The notes under the pieces were generated by a model that was not told the DNA's origin, searched no databases, and worked only from the letters and a program-made list of their open reading frames with translations. DNA of 63,889 bases, counting the filler, from Octopus bimaculoides (lineage: Eukaryota): the NCBI RefSeq assembly GCF_001194135.2. It is 6 parts of 6 records of this genome, joined end to end, with 100 filler letters (N's around TTAATTAATTAA, not from the genome) between each part and the next. Parts side by side here need not be neighbours in the genome. Positions count along the whole stretch, not along the records: positions 47,392 to 60,685 come from NW_026333619.1; positions 60,786 to 62,659 come from NW_026316569.1; positions 62,760 to 63,889 come from NW_026358258.1; 3 more parts are not named here. One strand, written 5' to 3'. Positions 53,566-63,889 of the stretch are shown piece after piece (the stretch's first letter is position 1; every line of letters starts with the position of its first letter). The position numbers were made by a program, and so were the translations under genes.

Positions 53566-53731
53566 TTCTACTAAAGGCGGCACAAGACCTGACATTTTGG
53601 GGGAGGGAGTTAAGTCGATTACATCAACCCAGTACTCAACTGGTGCTTAATTTATCGACGCCGAAAGGATGTAAGGCAAAGTTGACCTCGGCAGAATTTG
53701 AGCTCGGAACATACAGACGGACGAAATGCCT
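53566..53731 (-). mobile_element. SINE family A
   Basis: TTTATCGACGCCGAAAGGATGTAAGGCAAAGTTGACCTCGGCAGAATTTGAGCTC. Confidence 0.8.
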
Positions 53732-55891
53732 TTCTCCCACGCTTTCTTATTATGTAATATATATAAAGATGAATTAAATATAGAGATATTCTATTGACAA
53801 TTCAATAATTCATTTATACAACAATATTATATTAAATACTATTAATATAATATATAACATAAATAATTATAAAAACCATAAAAGGCTAACAAATTGTTTC
53901 GACATATATAATTTTTCTGATTTGCACAATCATATTTTCATTATATATAAAGTAACTTCAGGGTATTGCTTTAGAAAAAGACGAAATTCCGTGAGAAAGG
54001 ACGGCTTGATTGTTAAAATTTCTAAAGCCAAGACCCTGAAATGAACTTTATATATAACGGAATTGCGATTATGTATATATATATATATACACATGAAACC
54101 GATGATAGCCCTTAATACACAAATAAAGAATCCTTATCCACCAATACGGTGTTGAGCACTCAATTACAAAATTTACGTGTGTGTATATATATATATATAT
54201 ATATNNNNNNNNNNNNNNNNNNNNNNNNNNNNNNNNNNNNNNNNNNNNNNNNNNNNNNNNNNNNNNNNNNNNNNNNNNNNNNNNNNNNNNNNNNNNNNNN
54301 NNNNNNNNNNNNNNNNNNNNNNNNNNNNNNNNNNNNNNNNNNNNNNNNNNNNNNNNNNNNNNNNNNNNNNNNNNNNNNNNNNNNNNNNNNNNNNNNNNNN
54401 NNNNNNNNNNNNNNNNNNNNNNNNNNNNNNNNNNNNNNNNNNNNNNNNNNNNNNNNNNNNNNNNNNNNNNNNNNNNNNNNNNNNNNNNNNNNNNNNNNNN
54501 NNNNNNNNNNNNNNNNNNNNNNNNNNNNNNNNNNNNNNNNNNNATATATATAAAGAAAGAAAGATTTCGAGAGAGAGAGAGAGAGAAATTTAGAGAGTTA
54601 GAGAGAGAGAGCGAGAGAGGGTGATAAGAGCGCGAGGAATGTATAGATATGCACACATGCACACTTGTAATATGTTATATATCTGTTCCAGCTCTGCGCT
54701 TTCGACGTTCAAATGCCGCCTTCTCAACGATAAAGAGTTACACACCTGTCAAGAGTCACAGCACGACATATACTACCATATATTGGAAAGATAGTGTCTA
54801 TGGTTCCATTAAAAAGAACGACTGCCACCATTTAAATACACACACATGCACAATCACTCACACACATACAAACACACAGGGACACACACAGAGACACACA
54901 CAAACATGCACACATACACATACAGATACACACACATATCTACACGTATATATATATGTACGTATGCCTATACACGTGCGTGTTTGTATCTATATATATG
55001 GCGGTACATGCATATTTATAAACACATACGTATATATATNNNNNNNNNNNNNNNNNNNNNNNNNNNNNNNNNNNNNNNNNNNNNNNNNNNNNNNNNNNNN
55101 NNNNNNNNNNNNNNNNNNNNNNNNNNNNNNNNNNNNNNNNNNNNNNNNNNNNNNNNNNNNNNNNNNNNNNNNNNNNNNNNNNNNNNNNNNNNNNNNNNNN
55201 NNNNNNNNNNNNNNNNNNNNNNNNNNNNNNNNNNNNNNNNNNNNNNNNNNNNNNNNNNNNNNNNNNNNNNNNNNNNNNNNNNNNNNNNNNNNNNNNNNNN
55301 NNNNNNNNNNNNNNNNNNNNNNNNNNNNNNNNNNNNNNNNNNNNNNNNNNNNNNNNNNNNNNNNNNNNNNNNNNNNNNNNNNNNNNNNNNNNNNNNNNNN
55401 NNNNNNNNNNNNNNNNNNNNNNNNNNNNNNNNNNNNNNNNNNNNNNNNNNNNNNNNNNNNNNNNNNNNNNNNNNNNNNNNNNNNNNNNNNNNNNNNNNNN
55501 NNNNNNNNNNNNNNNNNNNNNNNNNNNNNNNNNNNNNNNNNNNNNNNNNNNNNNNNNNNNNNNNNNNNNNNNNNNNNNNNNNNNNNNNNNNNNNNNNNNN
55601 NNNNNNNNNNNNNNNNNNNNNNNNNNNNNNNNNNNNNNNNNNNNNNNNNNNNNNNNNNNNNNNNNNNNNNNNNNNNNNNNNNNNNNNNNNNNNNNNNNNN
55701 NNNNNNNNNNNNNNNNNNNNNNNNNNNNNNNNNNNNNNNNNNNNNNNNNNNNNNNNNNNNNNNNNNNNNNNNNNNNNNNNNNNNNNNNNNNNNNNNNNNN
55801 NNNNNNNNNNNNNNNNNNNNNNNNNNNNNNNNNNNNNNNNNNNNNNNNNNNNNNNNNNNNNNNNNNNNNNNNNNNNNNNNNNNNNNNNNNN

Positions 55892-55937
<46 letters not shown>

Positions 55938-56320
55938 TATATATATACATATTCATATATATAAATATATATATATGTATATGTATACGTATATTTATAT
56001 ATATGTATACATATATATGTGTGTTTATACACGCATATATACACATATATACATACGTATACGCATGGATACGATAAGAGAGATTTGTGAGAAACTGGAA
56101 TGTGTTTTTGTATGTTTATTTCTATGTACGTTTCTGTATATAGTTATAATATGCGTATTTATATATATGTCTATATATGTGTGTCTGTGTGTAAAACTAT
56201 AGGGTCCTGTGCATATACGCATTTATGAGTATGGCTGCAAAAATGCGTATGAATATATATATATATATATATATACATAGAAACTGACTTATTGTTATGT
56301 GTATGCGTGTCTACTTGTGA

Positions 56321-56354
<34 letters not shown>

Positions 56355-57334
56355 CTGTGTGAGTGTGTGAGTGTTAATGCATATCTGTATGTGTTTGTAT
56401 CAATGTCCCAAAACGTATTCTATCAAGAAACTTCTTCTTGTCATTTATTATTTTAAAACATACATAGGCGCACTCATACACATATGTACAAACATACGCG
56501 TTCACAGACGCACGTGCACACGTAGATAAATGATAAACTCAAGCACAGTCACACTTAGGAAAAAATATACACACATGCTCGCACATATATACACACATAT
56601 ATATATATACACATATATACAAAAATACGCTTCGAAGCAGAAACTTCGAAGGCACTGTTGCCCTTTTGCAATAATATAAAATACGTCAAAAAGCGCATCA
56701 AAGGGCCATCCCGAGTCATACGATTACTAAGCCGCTTTCTGGGTTCTGTGGTGTATATATATACATGTATATATATNNNNNNNNNNNNNNNNNNNNNNNN
56801 NNNNNNNNNNNNNNNNNNNNNNNNNNNNNNNNNNNNNNNNNNNNNNNNNNNNNNNNNNNNNNNNNNNNNNNNNNNNNNNNNNNNNNNNNNNNNNNNNNNN
56901 NNNNNNNNNNNNNNNNNNNNNNNNNNNNNNNNNNNNNNNNNNNNNNNNNNNNNNNNNNNNNNNNNNNNNNNNNNNNNNNNNNNNNNNNNNNNNNNNNNNN
57001 NNNNNNNNNNNNNNNNNNNNNNNNNNNNNNNNNNNNNNNNNNNNNNNNNNNNNNNNNNNNNNNNNNNNNNNNNNNNNNNNNNNNNNNNNNNNNNNNNNNN
57101 NNNNNNNNNNNNNNNNNNNNNNNNNNNNNNNNNNNNNNNNNNNNNNNNNNNNNNNNNNNNNNNNNNNNNNNNNNNNNNNNNNNNNNNNNNNNNNNNNNNN
57201 NNNNNNNNNNNNNNNNNNNNNNNNNNNNNNNNNNNNNNNNNNNNNNNNNNNNNNNNNNNNNNNNNNNNTATATATATATATATATTGCCCCCTTGAGAGG
57301 AAGGTGCTCTGGCGCAGGGTTAGTTGTTTTTGTC

Positions 57335-57385
57335 ATATATACGACGGGCTTTTTTCAGTTTCCGTCTACCAAATCCACCCGCATG
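57335..57385 (-). mobile_element. SINE family B internal fragment
   Basis: ATACGACGGGCTTTTTTCAGTTTCCGTCTACCAAATCCAC. Confidence 0.7.
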
Positions 57386-57899
57386 CATATATGGGTACAG
57401 GACGTCACCAACGGTAAACAATATGAAATATGAAAACAAATGAGTTCGATACACAAACAACGAGAGAAACAAATGGAAAACAAGACAAATAACATAAAGA
57501 ATGACCCTTTATCAGTTGTCGGCTGTCTGTGTGTTTAATTGCATCACTATCTCCGTTCAAATATATATACTATAAACGCACACGTGGCCATATATGTATT
57601 GAAATAACACTGTCCAGTTAATAACGAAATTTTCTCATATCCGCACACGCACACACGTAGATACGCTCACACACAGAGAGGCACATATATACATACAGAA
57701 ATGATAAACCTATTCGATTAAAGAGAATATTATACCCTTAAATACCCCAGCGTATTACTGTTAAGATTTCTATTTGTAATCATTTTTTAAACATTTCACT
57801 AATTAATTAATCATTTTCTTTCATGAAATAGTCGTAGTTCGAGTAACGTTTTGATCGGCGAAGGCTATCGATTATTTATCTATTGAAGTAATGTAATAA

Positions 57900-58850
57900 T
57901 GATGGAGATAATTATCTGACGAGAATTTAATAATTTAATCCACTGTAAAATTTTAGAGAAAGTCATTCCAAAAGTCGATTACAACAATTTACATATTTTT
58001 GTCGGGTATATATATATATATATGTATTTATGTACGTATGCATATATATATATATATATATAATTCCTTGTTTTTTGAACAGTGAAACTTGAAGTAGATA
58101 AGGCTATAAATAATAGCTTTCAGGAGAGAAAGTGGGAGACAGATAGAAGAGAAGATAACAAATGTTCGAAAATTAGAAACAATATTTTATAGCAGATAGA
58201 TTCCACTCTTTGATAAGGGCTAACAATTCCTTTGGTGTGGGTGTGGATAATTTGGTTTGTATAGATATATAGGATAATTTATATCTGACGTCTTAAGGAG
58301 AAGACTGTTCCTCTCTGCTAGCTTTCATCTGTTCAGAGACGATATCTTGGCGGTTATCTCCATGCACAAATAATTATATTTTAGATACGTTGTGAAAGGG
58401 TATTACTCTGACATTCAAATCTCTTGGTTTTAAGATTAAACTTGTAATAGGTATTTTCCCGATAATCATAAGGAACTTCGTATGAAAAATTTGGAAAATC
58501 TAATGCGAAACTTACTTTCATAAATAGAGGAACTTGCCAAACCATTGGTTTTTAAGAGATTGTAAAGAGCAAATGCAGAAATCTTCGAGGAAATATTATT
58601 GTAGTATGGTCCCTCACTATAATGAAGCTATTGAGCGAATTGGCTTAAAGACAAAAACATTTAGAATCCACCGCTGTGTCCCCTAAAAAGAAGGAAAGAC
58701 AGAGAATCTTGGTTAGGTTCACAACCCTTTCTTATTTCAAGTTAAATTGAAAGAAGTAAGGACTTCTACTGATTGACATTTCCCACCGACCCATACGTAT
58801 AGAAAATTTCTTTAGTAGGGATAACCTGAAGAATACGTTTCGCTACATTC
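57900..58850 (+). mobile_element. Highly degraded Penelope-like element RT remnant
   Basis: Ordered motifs across frameshifts: KILEKVI (57948), DKAI, HLFRDDILAV (58326; cf. GLYRDDGLA), TFKSLGFKI (58411), PHYNEAIERIG (58612; cf. P.YN.AL..SG), KKERQRILVRF (cf. R.R.IIWFNPP), HFPPTHTYRK (58777; cf. HFP..H...KIFNR). Confidence 0.55.
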
Positions 58851-59284
58851 TTAGCAGGTGGGGCCTCATTTTAGTGATGCCGTCGAGAGGTAGGCCCAGA
58901 AACGACGCGCATTCTCCCCTGATGACCCCATAAACGTGCTAGCGTCTGCTATACGGAGCTTTCATCTGGTAGCACTTGCATCTGCAAGTTGTTTGAAAAA
59001 ATACACACATATATATATATGTGTGTGTGTATGTACACCCACACACAGAAACACAGACACACACACATACATACATACATACATACATACATACATACAT
59101 ACATACATACACACACATATACATACATACATACAAGCATACACATATACATATCTAGAAAGATAAGGATAGACAGAAAAAAGGGAAACATTTCTAAGAA
59201 GTGTATTTGTTGCAAAATTGTGAAAAACTTGGTTGCAAAAAGTCTGAGAAAATGTTGAGGTGGAACATACGCGAAAATACATGA

Positions 59285-59385
59285 TTTTGTCGATGACGAT
59301 GATGATGATGGTGGTGGTGGTGATGATGATGATAATGATGATGATGATGATGATGATGAGGATGATGACGATGGTGGTGGTGGTA

Positions 59386-59437
<52 letters not shown>

Positions 59438-59700
59438 CAATGCAGCTGCTGCCTATGTTGATGGTGGTGGCGATGACAATGATGACGATGACGATGACGA
59501 TGATGGCGGTGATGATCTTTGAATGAGTAGGGTAAGGAGTGACTAATGGTGTGTAATGATGAATGATTGATATATAAAAAGAGTTTGTTTTGATAATGGT
59601 CGTGGTGGCGGCGGTGGAGGGAGTGGTTGGACATGACGATGATGTGTGATGATGATGATAATGATGATGATGATAATGATGATGATGATAATGATGATGA
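59285..59700. repeat. (GAT)n-dominated compound microsatellite
   Basis: Direct reading. Confidence 0.95.
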
Positions 59701-60014
59701 TTAAGTTACCATTGGAGATCAAATAAATTATTAACGATTATAATTATCATTGTTCTAGAAGTAATAGTCGGAGTAATGCATTTTATCTCTCTGTATCAGC
59801 CTGTCTGTCTAACTACAACTCTGTCTGTCTGTCTATCTATCTACTTCTATGTCTGTCTATCTATCTACTTCTATGTCTGTCTATCTACCTCTCTGTCTGT
59901 CTGTCTGTCTGTCTGTCTATCCATTTATGTATCTATCTATTTGTCTATCTATCTATGAGCCTACATTCACACACACACACACACATACATATAAGTTTCT
60001 TTCTTAATCCTAAT

Positions 60015-60235
60015 ATTTTGAAAAAAATCTGTCTCTAAATATTATAACCGTACCGAGTAATTTAACCATAACACTATACTCTAAAAAGTTCTCTTCTTAC
60101 TCCTAGCATTTTGAAAAAAATATTTCTCTAAATATTATAACCATTTCCAAATTTCCAAAAGTAATTTTCTAAACAAAAACATTTTGAAAAAAATCTTTCT
60201 CGAAGTATAATTGTATCAAGTAATTTAACCATGAC
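60015..60235. repeat. Three imperfect direct repeats beginning ATTTTGAAAAAAAT(C/A)T.TCTC (60015, 60108, 60181)
   Basis: Direct reading; shared TATTATAACC and GTAATTTAACCAT sub-blocks. Confidence 0.7.
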
Positions 60236-60786
60236 ACGTGCTTCATAACGTTTGGAACTGAAATACGTATTGAACTCACTCCCCAATACAATATTATCTC
60301 TCGTAACTCTCTGCCATAAAAATGTTGGAAACTTAGTATTTTTTCAGATATTAATAAAATTTGTCGAACCTGTTTTCATGTTGTCGGCCGTCGGAGCTAT
60401 GGAAACTTAGCGCACTGCGATTGCATGAAAATAGATTCGACTAATTTTATTATAACCATAAAAAATACTAGATTTCAAACATCTCTTTGGTTACATACGT
60501 TCAGAGCAATTCCAAACCATAAAAATCGCATTTTAAAATAGTGTTTAGCGACAGTGGTGAAATTTCCCTTCAAACTACGAACAAGAGTTTAGATATGTAC
60601 CAGCTACTACAAATAATTGATTGTACGAAAAGTAAGGCCCTACGTACATCAAATTGTCTTTATATTAAGTGGCTGCAGAAGAATTNNNNNNNNNNNNNNN
60701 NNNNNNNNNNNNNNNNNNNNNNNNNNNNNTTAATTAATTAANNNNNNNNNNNNNNNNNNNNNNNNNNNNNNNNNNNNNNNNNNNNT

Positions 60787-61524
60787 AAATTACGAGATTC
60801 ACTGGAACTTGCTAGATCACGAGGTGTACCAAAACGACAGCGCCCTCACTTCACCACACAACCACATAGTTCACGATATGTATCAGAACATCACCACGAT
60901 GTAATACCATCTCCCACGTACGTATCTGCACTGAGTGTTGACAGACAACCGCCACAATATGTATCAGACTATTACATGAATGTAGAGCCATCTGAATCCA
61001 AGCAAGACAGTTCACGTTCACGGCAATATAGTAAATTACGAGATTCACTGGAACTTGCTAGATCACGAGGGGTACCAAAACATCAGCGCTCTCACTCCAT
61101 TCCACAACCACAAAGTTCGCGATATGTATCAGAATATCACCACGATGTAATACCATCAAGCACACACTTAGCTGCAATGGAAGTTGATAGACAACCTCCA
61201 CGATATGTATCAGACTATCAAATGAATGTAGAGCCATTGGAACCACCACATAGTCCAAGATATGTATCAGACTATCACATGAATATAGAGCCACTTGAAC
61301 CACCACATAGTCCACGATATGTATCAGATTTTCACATGAATATAGAGCCACTTGAACCACTACATAGTCCACGATATGTATCAGATTTTCACATGAATAT
61401 AGAGCCACTTGAACCACCACATAGTCCACGATATGTATCAGACTATCACATGAATATAGAGCCACTTGAACCACCACATAGTCCACGATATGTATCAGAT
61501 TTTCACATGAATATAGAGCCACTT
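60787..61524 (+). CDS. Candidate exon of an unknown tandem-repeat protein (82-aa units, then 19-aa PRYVSD[Y/F]HMNIEPLEPPHS units); partial at both ends
   Basis: The frame is open for all 246 codons between two gaps. Unit lengths are 246 and 57 bp, both multiples of 3, with no indels or stops between diverged copies. Several silent changes occur among the 57-bp units (GAC/GAT, CGA/AGA, TTG/CTT). Confidence 0.55.
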
Positions 61525-62759
61525 NNNNNNNNNNNNNNNNNNNNNNNNNNNNNNNNNNNNNNNNNNNNNNNNNNNNNNNNNNNNNNNNNNNNNNNNNNNN
61601 NNNNNNNNNNNNNNNNNNNNNNNNNNNNNNNNNNNNNNNNNNNNNNNNNNNNNNNNNNNNNNNNNNNNNNNNNNNNNNNNNNNNNNNNNNNNNNNNNNNN
61701 NNNNNNNNNNNNNNNNNNNNNNNNNNNNNNNNNNNNNNNNNNNNNNNNNNNNNNNNNNNNNNNNNNNNNNNNNNNNNNNNNNNNNNNNNNNNNNNNNNNN
61801 NNNNNNNNNNNNNNNNNNNNNNNNNNNNNNNNNNNNNNNNNNNNNNNNNNNNNNNNNNNNNNNNNNNNNNNNNNNNNNNNNNNNNNNNNNNNNNNNNNNN
61901 NNNNNNNNNNNNCATCATTTCATCCTCGTCGCAGTTCGGAATTTAAACCATGGAGGGCCTGAGCACTTGAAATTCTGTGAGCCCCTCATACACGAGAATT
62001 AAAGTTATGGAAATATAGAAAATTAATATCTCAAAACCCATCAATTGAATGTAATTGGATTTGATGTGTTAACAGAGAAATTTTAAATAAATGACTGAAA
62101 ATGTCGCTTTACAATTCAATTCTTTTCCTCACACTTTCACTTGCAGTGTTCATTTTCATCTTCATTGTGGAAAGTACAATGGAGGAGGGAAGAAGGGGAT
62201 AGATAACGATAAAATGACAGAAAATTACAAAAAAAGGAAAAGAAAAATATACCATTTTAGTGGTTGTTGCTGTTCCAAAGCCATGATGAGAGTGTGTGTG
62301 TGTGAGTGGGTGGGTGGGCGGAGAGACATAGATTTGAAAGACATGAATTTTAATACATTTTGTTTTAAATAAGTTTCCCTTCATTGTTTTGCTATCAAGA
62401 TAAAGGGAAAATTTTCACAAAAATGTGGAAATTTCAACATGTATGGGACAGCTATTCCAAAAGCCTGCTTTCTCTGTCTCCAGTAAGGGTGGTCGGGTAC
62501 AATGAATAATAGTGACTGCACTTTTGACTTTGAGGTAAAAAGTAGTTTTACAAATGTTCACTACCTAACAAAAACTGCATAAGCTAAGCAAATGACATTC
62601 TCTAAATGAATCAAAAATACCATAACATTCAGAATGCTATTTCACAAAATTATCTCTGCNNNNNNNNNNNNNNNNNNNNNNNNNNNNNNNNNNNNNNNNN
62701 NNNTTAATTAATTAANNNNNNNNNNNNNNNNNNNNNNNNNNNNNNNNNNNNNNNNNNNN

Positions 62760-62818
62760 AGTGGGAATGAACCCGGAACCATGTAGTTGCTAAGCAAGCT
62801 ACTTACCACTCAGCCACG
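62760..62818 (-). mobile_element. SINE family B head fragment
   Basis: GTGGGAATGAACCCGGAACCATGTAGTTGCTAAGCAAGCTACTTACCAC. Confidence 0.7.
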
Positions 62819-63064
62819 GTAAAAAAATAGCACTCAATTTCAGGATTATTAATGATTGGAAGTAACTGTGATTAAAAGTATAGAAGGGGAGTAATTCAAA
62901 TATTGCCAGGTGGTTAGCTGAGGAAGCAATTATGAACACTATATACAATAAACATTGTTAATATAGTTAAAGAAGTGATTTTAAAATTCTCAATCGCAGG
63001 ACAATGCTAAAAATATAGTCTGAACAGGATAAACCACCCCTATTTTGCAGAAAAAAGTGTAGGT

Positions 63065-63138
63065 GGTTAGCTGTGGACTCGAACTCACATCTCCGTGATT
63101 ACGCGTTGCGATGCTCTGACCGATTGAGCTAAACTCAC
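63065..63138 (-). pseudogene. tRNA-like pseudogene or orphan SINE head
   Basis: Minus strand GTGAGTT-TA-GCTC-AATCGGTCA-GAGC...GTGAG-TTCGAGT-CCAC-AGCTAAC: perfect D stem, 6/7 acceptor stem and B box; the anticodon arm does not pair. Confidence 0.55.
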
Positions 63139-63347
63139 CCACTACAGATTCTTCTGCAAATTTAAGATGTATAGAAATCTCGCTGTATGAGACGCTATCA
63201 TATGTTAAATTCAAATTACGACAAACGTAAGAAGCGTTGAGATGTCGTAGAAAGTTAAAGACAAATATAACTTTTGCGAAATACATAAAATTTATTTAAA
63301 TGTGGAGCTTTGACAAGAAACAATACAACGGTGGGCCAACTTCAATT

Positions 63348-63420
<73 letters not shown>

Positions 63421-63430
63421 TGTGTATACA

Positions 63431-63808
63431 TACAGGGGTTAGACAAAATAATGGAAACACTTGGCATCATAATATTGAAATATCTATGAAACTTCAAAAG
63501 CCTGTTTATTTTTATTTTTTTTTTATTATTTATTATTAGTTATACTTAATATGCTTTGCTAAAATTGCTGTTTCTTTTCAGCAGGCGCAAGCGTAACGAA
63601 GACAGCCAAAATGTTTGGTTTATCAAGAACTGTCTCGAAAGTAATGACAGCCTTTGAGAAAGAGGGAAAAACCTCCTCGGCGAAACAAGACTCCGGAAGA
63701 AAACCAAAACTTTCAGATAGGGACCGTCGGACTCTTACGCGAATTGTTAGAAAGGATCACAAAAGTGCAGCTCCCAAAATTACTGCAGAGCTTAATGACC
63801 ACCTCGAG
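63431..63808 (+). mobile_element. Tc1-like DNA transposon 5' fragment
   Basis: TA plus CAGGGGTTAGACAAAATAATGGAAACAC TIR; AGASVTKTAKMFGLSRTVSKVMTAFEKEGKTSSAKQDSGRKPKLSDRDRRTLTRIVRKDHK...ITAELN (Tc1 paired-like HTH). Homology stops near 63808. Confidence 0.85.
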
Positions 63809-63889
63809 AAAGAAGAGGTCTTCTATACATTTAGAAAACAAATATACAAATTCTTATACAAATAAGTGTTTAACACTTGAAATTTCAAC

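Noticed and set aside
59194-59634. Poly-His ORF as a metal-binding protein
   Set aside because: It is a translation of the (GAT)n microsatellite.
61058-61524. Antisense frame (VALYSCENLIHIVDYVVVQ)n as the coding strand
   Set aside because: It is closed by a stop at 61058 and most variant sites are non-silent in it, whereas the plus frame is open throughout.
61200-61524. 57-bp repeats as a CRISPR array
   Set aside because: Head-to-tail units with no unique spacers, eukaryotic context and no cas genes.
63065-63138. Functional tRNA gene
   Set aside because: The anticodon stem cannot pair and the T stem lacks a base.

Overview
Eukaryotic, AT-rich, microsatellite-dense draft scaffold with many N gaps, five of them 100-nt placeholder gaps containing an artificial TTAATTAATTAA spacer. 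The SINE families, retroelement mix and microsatellite density point to an octopus (coleoid cephalopod) genome; this is inference, not proof. One clear host gene is present: the first coding exon of a COUP-TF/seven-up (NR2F) nuclear receptor on the minus strand (10080-10479; full DNA-binding domain, ending at the conserved phase-1 intron). No ligand-binding-domain exon is visible, so 1-10079 is probably intron 1. About 50 kb upstream contains no other recognisable host gene, only transposon debris (mariner, Tc1, RTE, Penelope-like, R4/Dong-like, at least three tRNA-derived SINE families, one MITE) and a few unique islands with enhancer-like motif clusters. The most interesting observations are: (1) an uninterrupted 246-codon frame at 60787-61524 built from nested 82-aa and 19-aa repeats, a candidate unknown repeat-protein exon; (2) three R4/Dong-like RLE retroelement insertions stacked in one (TAA)n microsatellite, plus a different RLE family sitting in (TACA)n; (3) a minimal hammerhead-ribozyme-like motif at about 52250-52293; (4) an upstream island with three AGGTCA half-sites, two STAT/GAS sites and an AP-1 site; (5) inverted SINE pairs in the NR2F intron that could form dsRNA. 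All alignments and translations beyond the supplied ORF track were done by eye.
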